A stretch of 64,000 nucleotides of DNA from Vulcanimicrobiota bacterium. Its GTDB lineage: Bacteria; Vulcanimicrobiota; Vulcanimicrobiia; Vulcanimicrobiales; Vulcanimicrobiaceae. This document shows, piece by piece, positions 8,485 to 17,890 of the stretch. Each line of letters opens with the position of its first letter. Position 1 is the first letter of the stretch. A program made the translations under genes and the position numbers. The DNA is taken from assembly GCA_963786105.1 (NCBI GenBank), contig CAWAXX010000017.1, forward strand, positions 128,001 through 192,000, written 5' to 3'. The notes beneath the pieces were generated by a model. It saw only the letters and a list, made by a program, of their open reading frames with translations, was not told the origin of the DNA and did no database searches.

Positions 8485-9578
8485 GCCCGCTCGATCGTCT
8501 TTACCTCGAACGCGCGTACGAACTGGCGGCGCGCGGCATCGGAAGCACTGCTCCGAATCCGCCGGTCGGAGCGGTAGTCGTGCGCGACGGCGTGATCCGG
8601 GGTGAGGGATATCATCATCGCGCGGGCGCGCACCACGCCGAGACTAACGCGTTAGCGCACGCCGCTGAAGCGGCGCTCGGGGCCACGCTGTACGTGTCAC
8701 TCGAGCCGTGCGTGCGCCCCGGTCGCGTTCCGGCCTGCGCGCCGGCGCTCGCGACCGCGGGCATCGCTCGCATCGTCTGCGGCGTTCGCGATCCGAACCC
8801 GGAAAACGACGGTAGCGGCATCGCCTACTTGCGCGAGCGCGGCATCGTCGTCGACGTCGCCGGCGAGCGCCGGGCTCGCGAGCTGATCGAAATCTTCGCG
8901 GGCTCGGTTGCAGCCGCGCGTCCGTATGTGACGCTTAAGATGGCGATGTCGCTCGACGGTGCGATCACCTCGCAGCCCGGCGTGCAAGAGTGGATTACGT
9001 CGGAAGCGGAGCGGCTGTTCGTCCGCGAACTGCGAATCGCTTACGATGCGGTGATGGTGGGGGCCGGAACGGTGCGCGTCGACAACCCGCAATTGACGGT
9101 CCGGCCGCCGCATCATCGTTTGCGACCCTTCGTTCGCGTCGTCGCCTGCGAAACCGAAACCATCGATGCGTCGAGCCGGATTCTCGCAAGCGTGGAAGAT
9201 TACGCGCAGACGATCGTGCTGGCGCCCGCCGGTTTGCACCGGCAGTTTGACAACCTGCGTGGCGCCGCCAACGTGCTGTTCGTCGGCGGTCCGAGCGACG
9301 AACGGCTCGACTTGCCGGCGGCGATGAACGCCTTGCGCGCGGCGAGCGTGTTCAGCGTCCTGTGCGAAGGAGGACCGACGCTCGGCGCGCGGTTGATTGC
9401 CGCGGGCGTCGTCGATAGTTTTTATTGGGCGATCGCGCCGGTCTTGCTCGGTAACGCACGGGCCGTTCCAGTGCTGGCGGGAGTGGATTTCGCCGCTCTG
9501 CGCACGCGGTTGCGTTTCGAGCGCGCGATGCAGGTCGGCGAAGATATCGTGGTTTCGGGGAGGTTCGGCGTTGTTTAG
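8457..9578 (+). CDS. ribD: Riboflavin biosynthesis deaminase/reductase
   Basis: PNPPVGAVVV, HAE, YVSLEPC..PAC, KMAMSLDG, DNPQLTVR, CEGGPTL; start approximate. Confidence 0.93.
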   Translation: MDTGTHAALSPLDRLYLERAYELAARGIGSTAPNPPVGAVVVRDGVIRGEGYHHRAGAHHAETNALAHAAEAALGATLYVSLEPCVRPGRVPACAPALATAGIARIVCGVRDPNPENDGSGIAYLRERGIVVDVAGERRARELIEIFAGSVAAARPYVTLKMAMSLDGAITSQPGVQEWITSEAERLFVRELRIAYDAVMVGAGTVRVDNPQLTVRPPHHRLRPFVRVVACETETIDASSRILASVEDYAQTIVLAPAGLHRQFDNLRGAANVLFVGGPSDERLDLPAAMNALRAASVFSVLCEGGPTLGARLIAAGVVDSFYWAIAPVLLGNARAVPVLAGVDFAALRTRLRFERAMQVGEDIVVSGRFGVV

Positions 9579-10167
9579 CGGCATTGTCGGTTACCGTGGA
9601 GACGTTACCGCCATCGACGCGTTGCCCGGCGGCGGCGTCGCTTTAAGCGTGCGCTGCGACGGCGTCGAACGCGAGAGGCCCGAGCCGAAGGACTCGATCG
9701 CCGTTGACGGTGTGTGTCTCACGGCGACGGCAATCGCAAAGGACGTCGTCTCGTTTGACGTGATTCCCGAAACGCTCGCGCGCAGCACGCTGGGCCGGCG
9801 CGTACTCGGCGACGCGGTCAACGTCGAGTTCGCGCTGCGCGTCGGCGACCGCCTGGGCGGCCACTTCGTCTACGGCCATATCGATGTGACGGCGCGCGTT
9901 CTTTCCCGGCAGCCGGAGGGCCAGGGCGAGCGCGTTCGCATCGAACGGCCCGAGAGGCTCTACTTCGCCCTCGTCGACAAGGCGTTCGTCGCCGTCGACG
10001 GCGTGAGCTTGACGGTCGCGGCCGCCGGCGACGGGTGGTTCGAAGTCGCGCTGATTCCCGAGACGCTCGCCCGCACCACGTTGGGGAATCGCCCCGCCGG
10101 CAGTAGCGTGAACGTTGAAATCGATCCTTTGGCGCGCTATGCGTTCGCGAGTCATCGTGCGCTATAA
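9571..10167 (+). CDS. ribE: Riboflavin synthase (alpha subunit)
   Basis: TTG start giving MFSGIV; SIAVDGVCLT; GGHFVYGHID; DGVSLTV; VNVEID. Confidence 0.93.
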   Translation: MFSGIVGYRGDVTAIDALPGGGVALSVRCDGVERERPEPKDSIAVDGVCLTATAIAKDVVSFDVIPETLARSTLGRRVLGDAVNVEFALRVGDRLGGHFVYGHIDVTARVLSRQPEGQGERVRIERPERLYFALVDKAFVAVDGVSLTVAAAGDGWFEVALIPETLARTTLGNRPAGSSVNVEIDPLARYAFASHRAL

Positions 10168-10171
10168 GGAG

Positions 10172-10612
10172 GTGCTGCCTCCGGGCGCGCGCGTGTTTTC
10201 GACGCGGGTTCAAAGCCAGTGGTCGGACGTCGACGTCGCGGGCATCGTCTATTTCGCCGCATACTGGCGGTTCGTCGAACGGGCCGAGATGGAGTTTTTC
10301 CGCGAGCTCGGCTTTCCGTACGATCGCATCTTCGAACGGCATGACTTCTGGCTGCCGCGTGTGCGATGCGAAGCCGAGTATCACGCGCCGGCGTTGATGG
10401 ACGACTGGCTGCGTCTACGGACGCACGTCGAAAAGGTCGGCGCGTCGAGCATTCGCTGGAAGACGGTCGTTTTCAACGAACGCACCGGCGAACCGGGTGC
10501 GGAGTTCACGCTTACCGTGGCCTGCATCGATCGCGAAACGAAACGAAGTCGCCCGCTGCCGGAGCCGATTCGCGCCGCACTGCTGGCGTGCGTGGCCGCA
10601 GGCGCACCGTGA
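10172..10612 (+). CDS. Acyl-CoA thioesterase (4HBT/YbgC-like hotdog fold)
   Basis: WSDVDVAGIVYFAAY..F.ERAE motif; start uncertain (10139, 10172 or 10193). Confidence 0.8.
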   Translation: MLPPGARVFSTRVQSQWSDVDVAGIVYFAAYWRFVERAEMEFFRELGFPYDRIFERHDFWLPRVRCEAEYHAPALMDDWLRLRTHVEKVGASSIRWKTVVFNERTGEPGAEFTLTVACIDRETKRSRPLPEPIRAALLACVAAGAP

Positions 10613-11646
10613 GTGCGAACGGGACGTCGCGCGTAGCTATGCTGATTGCTCCGCGCCGGATCGAACTGCGCGAAGAGGCCCGGCCGCAACCCGCCCCCGG
10701 AGGAATCGTGGTGCGGGTGCGTGCGGCGCTCACCGACGGAACGGACCTCAAGGCGTACCGGCGGGGACATCCGCAAATGCCCATGCCCACGCGATTCGGC
10801 CACGAATTCTCCGGCGACGTCGCCGCGGTAGGCGAAGGCGTTACCGCGTGGCGCGAAGGCGACCCGGTGATGTGCGTGCACTCGGCACCGTGCGGACGGT
10901 GCTATTGGTGTGCCTGCGAGGAAGAGGAACTCTGCGAGTCGGTGATGTCGACCAAGATTCTCGGGGCGTATGCGGACTACGTAGCGGTGCCGGCCCATAT
11001 CCTCGACCGCAACCTTTTTCGCAAACCCGCGGACGTTTCGTATCCGGAGGCGGCCTTCTTAGAACCCTTGGCGTGCGTCGTGCACTCGGTGGCGTTTCTC
11101 GCTCCGAAAAAAGGTTCGATCGTCGCCGTCCTCGGCGACGGCGGCTTCGGCATCCTTCATGCCCTGGCGCTGCTCCACGAAGGCGTGCAAACCGTGCTGG
11201 CCGGGCGTCGCCGGGAGCGGTTGGCGTTGGCACGCGACCTGGGCATCGACGCGATCGATTCCTCCGCAGAACCCTTGCGCGAGGCGTTGCGTGAGCGGAC
11301 CGGCGGACGCGGAGCCGACGCAGCGATCGAATGCACGGGCAGCGAGGATGTGTGGGAGAGCGCGCCGGAACTCGTGCGCCGGGGCGGCACCGTGTCGTTC
11401 TTCGGCGGTTTGCCGGCGGCGGCGCGCGTCTCCTTTGCTGCGGCGCGGCTGCACTACGACGAAGTTCGGCTCGTCAGCCCGTTTCATTTCTCGCCGCGTG
11501 ATGTCCGCCGCGCCTACGACCTGATTTCGACGCACGCCATTCCGGTGACGCGACTCCTTTCCAACTCGTATCGGTTGGCCGACGTCGCCGCCGCGTTCGG
11601 CGTGCTCGACGCCGGGGCGGCGCTGAAGATGCTGATCGAGCCATGA
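10609..11646 (+). CDS. Zinc-dependent medium-chain dehydrogenase (iditol/threonine DH-like), paralog 1
   Basis: GHEFSG; CGRCYWC...C; EPLAC; GDGGFG. Confidence 0.85.
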   Translation: MSANGTSRVAMLIAPRRIELREEARPQPAPGGIVVRVRAALTDGTDLKAYRRGHPQMPMPTRFGHEFSGDVAAVGEGVTAWREGDPVMCVHSAPCGRCYWCACEEEELCESVMSTKILGAYADYVAVPAHILDRNLFRKPADVSYPEAAFLEPLACVVHSVAFLAPKKGSIVAVLGDGGFGILHALALLHEGVQTVLAGRRRERLALARDLGIDAIDSSAEPLREALRERTGGRGADAAIECTGSEDVWESAPELVRRGGTVSFFGGLPAAARVSFAAARLHYDEVRLVSPFHFSPRDVRRAYDLISTHAIPVTRLLSNSYRLADVAAAFGVLDAGAALKMLIEP

Positions 11647-12680
11647 TGCCGCGCAAGACGATGCGCGCCGCGGTGTTGTACGATGTCGACGACATTCGCG
11701 TCGAGGAGCGAGCGGTGCCGGAACTGGGTGCGGGCGAACTCCTCGTCAAAACGATGGCCAGCGGCATTTGCAGCGGCGACGTCATGGCCTGGTACGTTCG
11801 GCGTAAAGCACCGCTCGTGCTGGGACACGAGCCGGCCGGGGTGATCGCGGCCATCGGGGCCGGTGCGCAAGCGCGCGACGAAGATGGCGAAGCGTTCGCG
11901 GTCGGTGACCGCGTTTTCGTCCACCATCATGCGCCATGCTTCGCGTGCCGCGCCTGTGACCGCGGCGATTTCGTGCAATGCGCGACTTGGCGCGCAACCA
12001 AGATCGACCCCGGCGGAATCGCCGAGTACTTTCGCGTCTCGATCGACAATCAGCGCGACACGCTGCGGCTACCCGACTCGGTAGCGTTCGTGGATGCCTC
12101 GTTAGTCGAGCCGTTGGCGTGCGTCGTGAAATCGCTACGCCGCGGCGGCGCCCAGGCGGGAGACGCGCTCTGCGTGGTCGGGCTCGGCGTGATGGGCCTC
12201 ATGCACGTCATCGTCGGTAAAATGCTCGGCGCGCGCGTATTCGCTGCCGATTTCATCCCCGAGCGGCGATCGCTCGCGGAAGCACGCGGGGCAATTGCCT
12301 TTCATCCCGACGACGCCGAAGCGGTCCTGGGCGAGGGCGCCGACGTGACGATCTGCGGTCCGGGAACGCTGCGCGCGCTGCAGTCGGCGTTAGCGGCAAC
12401 GGCGCCCGGTGGAACGGTCGTAATGTTCGCGCCGCTCGAGCCGGGGACGGCGATGGAAATGGACGCGCAACGTTTCTACTTCAACGATCTGCGGGTCGTC
12501 GCGAGCTACTCGTGCGGGCCCGACGATACGCGCGCGGCCTTGCACTTGATTGAAGACGGGGTTGTAACGGCGGAGAAGCTCGGAGCGACGCCGGTTTCAC
12601 TGGAGGAAACGCCGCGCGCTTATCGCGATTTAGCCGAATCTCGCATCGTCAAGCCGATCGTGATGTTCGACGGAGGTTAG
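11643..12680 (+). CDS. Zinc-dependent medium-chain dehydrogenase, paralog 2
   Basis: GICSGD; LGHEPAG; CFACRAC...C; EPLAC; GLGVMG. Confidence 0.85.
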   Translation: MMPRKTMRAAVLYDVDDIRVEERAVPELGAGELLVKTMASGICSGDVMAWYVRRKAPLVLGHEPAGVIAAIGAGAQARDEDGEAFAVGDRVFVHHHAPCFACRACDRGDFVQCATWRATKIDPGGIAEYFRVSIDNQRDTLRLPDSVAFVDASLVEPLACVVKSLRRGGAQAGDALCVVGLGVMGLMHVIVGKMLGARVFAADFIPERRSLAEARGAIAFHPDDAEAVLGEGADVTICGPGTLRALQSALAATAPGGTVVMFAPLEPGTAMEMDAQRFYFNDLRVVASYSCGPDDTRAALHLIEDGVVTAEKLGATPVSLEETPRAYRDLAESRIVKPIVMFDGG

Positions 12681-12691
12681 CTCCAGACGGA

Positions 12692-13879
12692 TCACGTCAG
12701 CGGGATTCCCCTCGTTTCCGGAGCCCACAGGAGGGCGACGACGAATCCCGCCGCCGACAGTACCGCCGCCCCGACGACGATCGACGTGATGCCATAACGC
12801 GCGAGCAGCAGCGGCAGGGCGAACGTTCCCGCAAACGCACCGATGCGGCTAACCGCAGCGGCAAAGCCCGTCGCCGTTGCGCGAATCGCCGTGGGGAAGA
12901 GTTCCGCCGGATAGATCAGTTCGAGTCCGCTGGCGGCGCCGGCTCCTATCGCATATGCGACGAAGCAGACGAGAACGACGGTCGGGTTTCCGATCGCCAG
13001 GAAGCCGAACGCGACGACAGCGACGGCAAAGCCGAGAATGCACAGCAGGCGCCTCCCCCATCGTTCGACCAGCCACATGGAAGCAAACGAGCCGACCGCG
13101 AACGCCGCCGTAATCGCGACGCTCCCGGCGGGCGACGAGCTGTCGTTTAAGCCCAGAGCGGAAAGCACCGTGGGCGCAAAGGTGTAGATTGCGAAGAGCG
13201 GCACGACCTGCAAGAGCCACATAGCCGAAACAAACGTGAGCGCGGACCGGAACTTCGAGTGAAATATGGTCGCAAACGATACGTGGGGCCGATCGCTCGC
13301 GCCGCGCGCCGCCAACCACATCGGCGTTTCCGGCGCCGACGCCCGTAGCAACAGACCGGCCGCGGCAAACACCGCAGGGCTGGCCAGAATCCATTTCCAG
13401 CTGTTCGCGCCGGTTGCGAGCAACCCATAGCCGGCGACGTAGGCAACGGCCGCGCCGACGAACCAGGTCGCTTCGAGCGCGTTGAGAGCGGCGCCGCGCA
13501 GCTTCGCCGGCATGAACTCCGCGACCATGGCGGTGGCGATCGGGTAGTCGGCCCCGATGGCGACGCCCAGCAGAAAGCGAAGCGCGATCAGTTCCCAGAC
13601 GTTCGTCACGAAGATCTGCAGCAGGGCGATGACGACGAAGGCCGCCAAGTCGAAGATCATGAGCGTGCGCCGTCCGTGACGGTCGGCGAGATGACCGAAC
13701 AGCGGGGCGCCCACGAGAATTCCAAAGAGGGTTGCCGCTCCGATCGACCCGGTCGTGACGGCGTCCAAATGAAAACGCGGTCCGAGGGTGACGAGCGCGA
13801 GGCCGACGCTGCTCAAGATGTATCCATCGCAAAACACGCCGGCGTTGGCATACAGAAGCAGCCTGACGTAAAAGCGCAT
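12692..13879 (-). CDS. MFS transporter (sugar/metabolite:H+ symporter type)
   Basis: GHLADRHGRR motif A; RFLLGVAIGADYP; ELFPTAIRA; PETRG. Confidence 0.9.
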   Translation of the reverse strand: MRFYVRLLLYANAGVFCDGYILSSVGLALVTLGPRFHLDAVTTGSIGAATLFGILVGAPLFGHLADRHGRRTLMIFDLAAFVVIALLQIFVTNVWELIALRFLLGVAIGADYPIATAMVAEFMPAKLRGAALNALEATWFVGAAVAYVAGYGLLATGANSWKWILASPAVFAAAGLLLRASAPETPMWLAARGASDRPHVSFATIFHSKFRSALTFVSAMWLLQVVPLFAIYTFAPTVLSALGLNDSSSPAGSVAITAAFAVGSFASMWLVERWGRRLLCILGFAVAVVAFGFLAIGNPTVVLVCFVAYAIGAGAASGLELIYPAELFPTAIRATATGFAAAVSRIGAFAGTFALPLLLARYGITSIVVGAAVLSAAGFVVALLWAPETRGIPLT

Positions 13880-13944
13880 CGACGGTCCGTCCTTCGCCTC
13901 GAAGAAGCCGAGGACCTGACCGGTGCCGGAAGAATCGAGAGCGC

Positions 13945-14631
13945 ATGCAACAGACGAATCTGCCCAACGAGTCCGAGGAGTACCGCGCTCGTCGCGAAGA
14001 GCTGAGGCTTGCCGAGATCGAGGAGATGCGCCAGCGCGAACGGGTTGCGGAGCTACGCCGGAACCTGCCGCCGGGCGCCGTAGTCGAAGATTATATTTTC
14101 TACGAAGGCCCGGCGGATCTTCGTGCAGGCGACGAACCCGTTCGCAGCGTCCGCATGAGCGAGCTCTTTACGCAACCGAATCGCCCGCTCGTGATCTATC
14201 ATTTCATGTACGGCAAGAAGCAGACCAGCCCGTGTCCGATGTGTACGATGTGGATCGACGGATATAACGGCGTTGCCCAGCATCTCGCCCAGAATGTGGA
14301 TTTCGCGATCGCTGCGGCGGCCGAGCCTGGCGTGTTGCGTGCGTATGCGCGCGAGCGCGGTTGGACGAACCTTCGCCTTTTGAGTTGCAGCGAAAGTTCG
14401 TTTAAGTACGATCTTGCCAGCGAGGACACCGAGGGCAATCAGGACTCGACGCTCTCCGTTATCACGCGCGATGCCGACGGAAGGCTCCGTCATTTTTACA
14501 CCATGCATCCATGGATGGCCGACGAGATCGAGCAACGCGGTATCGATTTGCTCACGCCGGTCTACAACATGCTCGATCTGACGCCGGCGGGTCGTGGCGA
14601 CTGGTATGCCTCGCTCTCCTACCCGGCTTAG
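13945..14631 (+). CDS. DUF899 family thioredoxin-like protein
   Basis: RRNLPPG, YHFMY, CPMC, LDLTPAGR. Confidence 0.85.
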   Translation: MQQTNLPNESEEYRARREELRLAEIEEMRQRERVAELRRNLPPGAVVEDYIFYEGPADLRAGDEPVRSVRMSELFTQPNRPLVIYHFMYGKKQTSPCPMCTMWIDGYNGVAQHLAQNVDFAIAAAAEPGVLRAYARERGWTNLRLLSCSESSFKYDLASEDTEGNQDSTLSVITRDADGRLRHFYTMHPWMADEIEQRGIDLLTPVYNMLDLTPAGRGDWYASLSYPA

Positions 14632-14900
14632 GTAACGGCGTTGGTCAGAGCGTCGAGCGCGCGATCCATGGTAATAATTTGAGCTTCGAGTCCCGTCATC
14701 GAGTAGCGAGCGGCGATTTCGGACATCGGCACGAAAGACACGTTCACGCACCCGCGTTCTTCCCAAACGAGCACCTTGAGCGGAAGGTCGAGCGCGACGA
14801 GCGGAAACGCTTGCATGAGCGGCGTGCCGCCTTTTGGATTGCCGAAAATGATAAGCGTCGTCGGCCGCATCGTAAGGCCTACGTCCTTGGCTGCGGCAGT
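14628..14900 (-). pseudogene. DUF302 family gene lacking its N-terminus
   Basis: AAAKDVGLTMRPTTLIIFGNPKGGTPLM..ALDLPLKVLVWE is intact; upstream the frame loses family similarity and reaches a stop with no start codon. Confidence 0.65.
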
Positions 14901-14978
14901 TTGATAGTGTCCGAGTAGGAGAAACGGCTCCGTTTCGTCACGATCTCTCCGGCAAGTTGAGTTTGAGAACGATCGCTC

Positions 14979-15262
14979 TTATCGGGCGATCTCGAATACC
15001 GTGCCTTCACCGAGGCCGGTCCGGGGCCGCCGAAGCGCCGGTTCCGCGCGCCGTGCGCCTGAACTCGAACACCGTTCCGCGGCCGGTGGCGACCCCACGG
15101 AACCTACAGGCGCCGGGCTGACCGGGCGGCGTTCGGACCGGCGCCCGGCGATGACTGCGAGCCGCACACATTAGGTAACAAAGCCGCGAGCGCCACGCAG
15201 GCCTGGCAAAGAGCGTAAGCGACCGGTCGCACTGCGAAGACGGTGCGCCGATTTCGCGCCAT
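14979..15262 (-). pseudogene. Possible remnant of a secreted beta-propeller/repeat lipoprotein
   Basis: Signal-peptide-like start (..ALAALLPNVCGSQSSPGA) in one frame and terminal GEGTVFEIAR* in another. Confidence 0.3.
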
Positions 15263-15488
15263 TCCTTTGGTGACTCCGCCGGTGAAATCTATGGGTGTAA
15301 GAAGGGCTGAACGGCGGAACTTCACAGGATTTTCCCAGGTCTTTCCTAGAAGGGAAACGGCTGTCCTTCGAATGGCGGATCCGGAGGCGACGCCACTTCC
15401 GTTCAGGTTTTGGCGTCATCATCCGCCTGGATTAGTGAGGATCATTGCAATGAAGTGCATCACTCGATTTTGGAGTCCGGGTATCGTG

Positions 15489-15932
15489 ATGCGAACCATC
15501 GCGCTCCCGTTCTTAGCGGCTATAGCGTGCGGCTTGGCGTCGGTGCCGGTGTGGGCTGAAGGCACGATTACCATCCAACACTACAACGGCGCGATCAATA
15601 CGTACAACGATGTCGCGATCAAGGTCATTCACAGCGCGCTCTACGTCACGTCGGCCGACGGTAAGGGGACGATCGTTTTCAACCGCGCCGCCTGCTCCTA
15701 TCAAGGGGATACGTACGTATGTCTGCCGACGAGCGTGACGCTCGTCCAGAGCGGTTCGGCCGAGCTGGTCGACCTCTCGAACGGCACGATTTATGCGAAC
15801 ATGACGGACCAGCCGCAGCAGCTTTCGCTATCATCGCAGCATTTGCCGCCGCATAGCATCCTGCTTTCTATCACAACGAAAAAAGGAACCTATATAAACC
15901 TTAGCGGCACGATCGACAAGGTGATGAAATGA
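15489..15932 (+). CDS. Secreted beta-rich hypothetical protein
   Basis: Signal peptide MRTIALPFLAAIACGLASVPVWA; ATGA overlap with the next gene. Confidence 0.7.
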   Translation: MRTIALPFLAAIACGLASVPVWAEGTITIQHYNGAINTYNDVAIKVIHSALYVTSADGKGTIVFNRAACSYQGDTYVCLPTSVTLVQSGSAELVDLSNGTIYANMTDQPQQLSLSSQHLPPHSILLSITTKKGTYINLSGTIDKVMK

Positions 15933-16936
15933 AACGGTATATTGCGGTAATCGCCGCCCTCGCGATCGCACTCACGCCGGCATTGAGCGCGGCAGGTCCG
16001 CGCGGCGGTGGAGGCGGAGGCGGTGGTGGCCGCGGTGGCGGTGGCGGTGGCGGTGGCGGCGGCGGGCGCGGCGCGAGCGCGTCGCGTGCGGCTCCCTCGC
16101 GGTCGGGCGGAGGGCAGTCTCGCTCTGCGTCGCGCCCGGCATCTCAGCCGGCGAGGTCATCCGGCGGCGGAAGGTCGTCGGGGGGCAGCGGTTTCAATCT
16201 CCAGGGCGATACGAGGCCTTCATCCGCAGCGAGCCGCCCCACAAACAACGCCGGTCGCGGCAACGGGGCCGGCAATAATAACCGCGGCAACGGGGCTGGC
16301 AATAATAACAACCGCGGCAACGGTGCTGGCAATAACAACCGCGGCAACGGTGCTGGCAATAACAACCGCGGCAACGGAAATGGCAATAACAACCGTGGCA
16401 ACGGAAACGGAAATAATAACCGTGGCAACGGAAACGGTAATAACAACCGTGGCAACGGGAATGGTAACGGAAACAAAGTCAACAACGGCGGAAACAAGAC
16501 GAACGTCAATAACGGTAATCGCAACAACGTCAACGTTAGTGGGAATACCGTCAACCGGACGGTGGTCGCCAATCCCGTTTACGGAAACAGCGGAGCGTGG
16601 GGCTGGAATCACGGAGCCGCCTGGGCGCCCGCGGCGGGCTATTGGGGCGGTGGTTTTTGGGGCGCGATGGCTGTGGGCGCAACCTCCGCGGCGATTTACG
16701 GCTCGATCGTCAACTCGGCAAATAACCAGTCCTACACCTCGTACCAAGTCCAACCGAGCAGTCCGGGATCGAACGTCCTCTCCAACTATCAACTGCAGCA
16801 GACGCAGTGCGGCGGCTCCGGTCAGGTCGTGATCTACGGACCGAGCAACAGCGTCATCTGCGCCAGTCCGAACAATCTCGTCGCGGCGGGCGAGTACAAC
16901 CTCGATACGTCGACCCTTTCGCTCTCGGCCATCTAG
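15929..16936 (+). CDS. Secreted Gly/Asn-rich low-complexity repeat protein
   Basis: Signal peptide, poly-Gly, 8 RGNG(A/N)GNNN-type units, Trp/Gly-rich segment, small C-terminal domain with 2 Cys. Confidence 0.8.
   Translation: MKRYIAVIAALAIALTPALSAAGPRGGGGGGGGGRGGGGGGGGGGGRGASASRAAPSRSGGGQSRSASRPASQPARSSGGGRSSGGSGFNLQGDTRPSSAASRPTNNAGRGNGAGNNNRGNGAGNNNNRGNGAGNNNRGNGAGNNNRGNGNGNNNRGNGNGNNNRGNGNGNNNRGNGNGNGNKVNNGGNKTNVNNGNRNNVNVSGNTVNRTVVANPVYGNSGAWGWNHGAAWAPAAGYWGGGFWGAMAVGATSAAIYGSIVNSANNQSYTSYQVQPSSPGSNVLSNYQLQQTQCGGSGQVVIYGPSNSVICASPNNLVAAGEYNLDTSTLSLSAI
16256..16475 (+). repeat. Coding tandem repeat, about 27-nt unit, 8 copies
   Basis: Unit approximates CGCGGCAACGGTGCTGGCAATAACAAC with synonymous variation; one unit has an extra Asn codon. 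Confidence 0.9.
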
Positions 16937-16956
16937 GGACGCTCGCGGCGTCAAAC

Positions 16957-16996
16957 GAGCAAATGGCGGCGGCCTTTGGGGCCGCCGCCGTTGCTC
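16957..16996 (+). terminator. Strong GC hairpin after the repeat-protein gene (terminator or stabiliser)
   Basis: GAGCAAATGGCGGCGGCC/GGCCGCCGCCGTTGCTC inverted repeat; no long U tract. Confidence 0.5.
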
Positions 16997-17041
16997 TTGG
17001 TAGAACAAAGAACGAGACGCAGGCGAGGAGAAGTAGCAGTT

Positions 17042-17884
17042 GTGACCCCATTCAAAATCGCTGCGGTCGTTACGCTTGTGTCGCTGATGCTCGGCACCGG
17101 TCTGCAGTGCGATCGCAAGCTCTTGGGCGCGGCGCTAAAGAATCACTGGCTTTTCGCGCGCGCGTTCCTGGCAAATTTCGTGGTCGTGCCGTTGATCGCG
17201 GTCGCGGTGGTGCGCGTGTTCCAGCTCAACGGGCCCGTATCGGTTGGAATTCTGCTCATGGCGATGGCGCCGGGCGCCCCGTTCCTTGCTCGGTCCGCTG
17301 CAACCAAAATCGGCGGCAACCTCGGCTTTGCGATCGCATTGGCAATTCTGATGCCGGCGCTCGCGATCGCGACGATTCCCATCACAGCGGGCCTCGTTCT
17401 GCCGCCCGGAGCGGAGGCGCAGCTGCCGTGGCTGCCGCTCGCGCTAAAGCTCATCGCTTTCCAATTCATACCGCTCTTGATCGGAATACTCATAGCCGAT
17501 CGCGCTCCGGAGCTTGCGGGTAAGCTCGAAAAACCGCTTGGCCTGATCATGCTCGCGGGGGTTCTCGCCGTGTTCTACTTTATCGTGCCGCCGTTCGTGA
17601 AGGCGTTCTTATCGGTAAAAGGTGAGAACGGCATCTGGGCGATGGCCGCCGTCGTCGCGCTCTCGCTGATCGCGGGCTGGCTGTTCGGCGGCGCGCGACG
17701 CGAGTTCCGGCGTACGTTGAGCATCGGCACCGGCGTTAAAAACGTTGGACTCGGCCTTCTCGTTGCAACGACGAGCTTCGACGATAAACTCGTCGCCGCC
17801 ACGGTGATGGCCTATTTCCTCGTCCAACTCGTCATCGTCACGGTCGTGCGCTTATTTCTGGTGCGAACGGCGCAAGCCTCATAG
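17042..17884 (+). CDS. Bile acid:sodium symporter (BASS) family transporter
   Basis: AGGAG RBS; ML.TGL, LANFVVVPL, MAPGAP, KNVGLGL; many TM segments. Confidence 0.85.
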   Translation: MTPFKIAAVVTLVSLMLGTGLQCDRKLLGAALKNHWLFARAFLANFVVVPLIAVAVVRVFQLNGPVSVGILLMAMAPGAPFLARSAATKIGGNLGFAIALAILMPALAIATIPITAGLVLPPGAEAQLPWLPLALKLIAFQFIPLLIGILIADRAPELAGKLEKPLGLIMLAGVLAVFYFIVPPFVKAFLSVKGENGIWAMAAVVALSLIAGWLFGGARREFRRTLSIGTGVKNVGLGLLVATTSFDDKLVAATVMAYFLVQLVIVTVVRLFLVRTAQAS

Positions 17885-17890
17885 CCAAAG

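Noticed and set aside
16256..16475. CRISPR array
   Set aside because: Units are contiguous, in-frame and vary at synonymous positions; no unique spacers and no cas genes
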